DNA of 64,000 nucleotides, taken from Chiloscyllium plagiosum (taxonomy: Eukaryota). Below the pieces are notes generated by a model that was not told where the DNA came from, ran no database searches, and saw nothing but the letters and a program-made list of their open reading frames with translations. This document shows positions 63,119-64,000 of this stretch, one piece after another. Numbering within the stretch: the first letter of the stretch is position 1; every line of letters begins with the position of its first letter. The translations under genes were made by a program, and so were the position numbers. The stretch is from NCBI RefSeq assembly GCF_004010195.1, contig NC_057718.1:45424717-45488716 (forward strand). The letters are read 5' to 3'.

Positions 63119-64000
63119 GTGAGAATGTTTTTCAAGAATAAGGCTTTGGCAATGTGCCAATTTATATTTCCATAAATTACAGTAAATGTTATATTAGAAC
63201 TTCTAAATATATCATGGTCAGACAAGAGCCTCAACTTGTGCTGTACATTTAAAAACATTTGTTTTATTTTTGATCATGTATATTTTTGAACAATAGTTGT
63301 GAAGTAATGTCTGAAATGATATTTCATAAAGAATCAGATTATCACATTTTTGTAGTCATGAGTTGAATCACCATCATTTCATTGCCCCATACTGATGTTG
63401 GTAACTGTTTCAAAGTTTGATGGATTAGGGTCTGTTCATGTTCAATAGTGGCTCTTTTGCTTATGCATCCTGAATACATAATATTCTGTTAAATAGGTGG
63501 GCAGTTCCAAAAATATTTTATTAACTGGTGGATTGCTGGAATTACATCCCCTCAGGCGGCTTTATTTTTATTTGAGCATTCACTTGTGGTTTTTATTTCG
63601 AGTGAAAGTTGTGCACCTTCAGTCATGACAAAAGTCCTTAATTTTTAGAAATCTATTCTTAAACATAGATACAATAAATCTTACCCTCTGAAAAGACTGT
63701 ATTACCAAGGGGTAGGCCTGTGACCTGAAACCAGCAGCTGAGTGATTTGTAGAATGAATTTTAATGGGTCCCAAACACTACACAGTGTTTCTGCTTTCCT
63801 CATTTTTGTTATATCTGTGAAAGTGTTTGCTGTCTATTAATTGTTGTCCCAACAGCTAGAGGCTAACAGTCTTTAGGTTACTGCTGCACATAGACATTTA
63901 CACTGCAGTCAATGATGCTTTGTATTGTAATGGATCCTACTCCTTGAACTCACATATTTCCCATATTTTGTCAATCTCACAAAATGCTGTTGATCTTGTA

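Noticed and set aside
1..64000. CRISPR arrays, operons or prokaryotic defence systems
   Set aside because: The sequence is a vertebrate intron-exon locus with no regularly spaced repeats or bacterial gene structure.

Overview
Eukaryotic, AT-rich, repeat-dense vertebrate DNA, very probably a cartilaginous fish (shark). This is inferred from HE1/V-SINEs, abundant CR1 LINEs and the divergence of the coding exons. The window lies inside the PTPN14 (Pez/PTPD2) gene on the + strand. Ten consecutive GT-AG exons join in frame (17535-63118; equivalent to human exons 6-15 as recalled from memory) and encode the second half of the FERM domain, the long PPxY-containing linker and the start of the PTP domain. 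The introns hold a decayed Gypsy LTR element, many CR1, L2-group and Rex/Babar LINE fragments, several SINE families (HE1/V-SINE, a DeuSINE relic, a LINE-tailed tRNA SINE, a 5S-tRNA chimeric SINE), probable Harbinger relics and one 573-bp N gap. The most striking non-obvious signal is a set of short Penelope-like (PLE) insertions from at least 4 families, several flanked by target-site duplications. They carry minimal hammerhead-ribozyme cores (CUGAUGA-A-stemII-GAAA-NN-UH), and several are head-to-head fold-backs with a ribozyme-like motif on each strand. Also notable: the PTP motif-1 reads RNRF rather than the human RSRI, and the protein has many PTPN21-like residues. All comparisons to known families are from memory; no searches were run.
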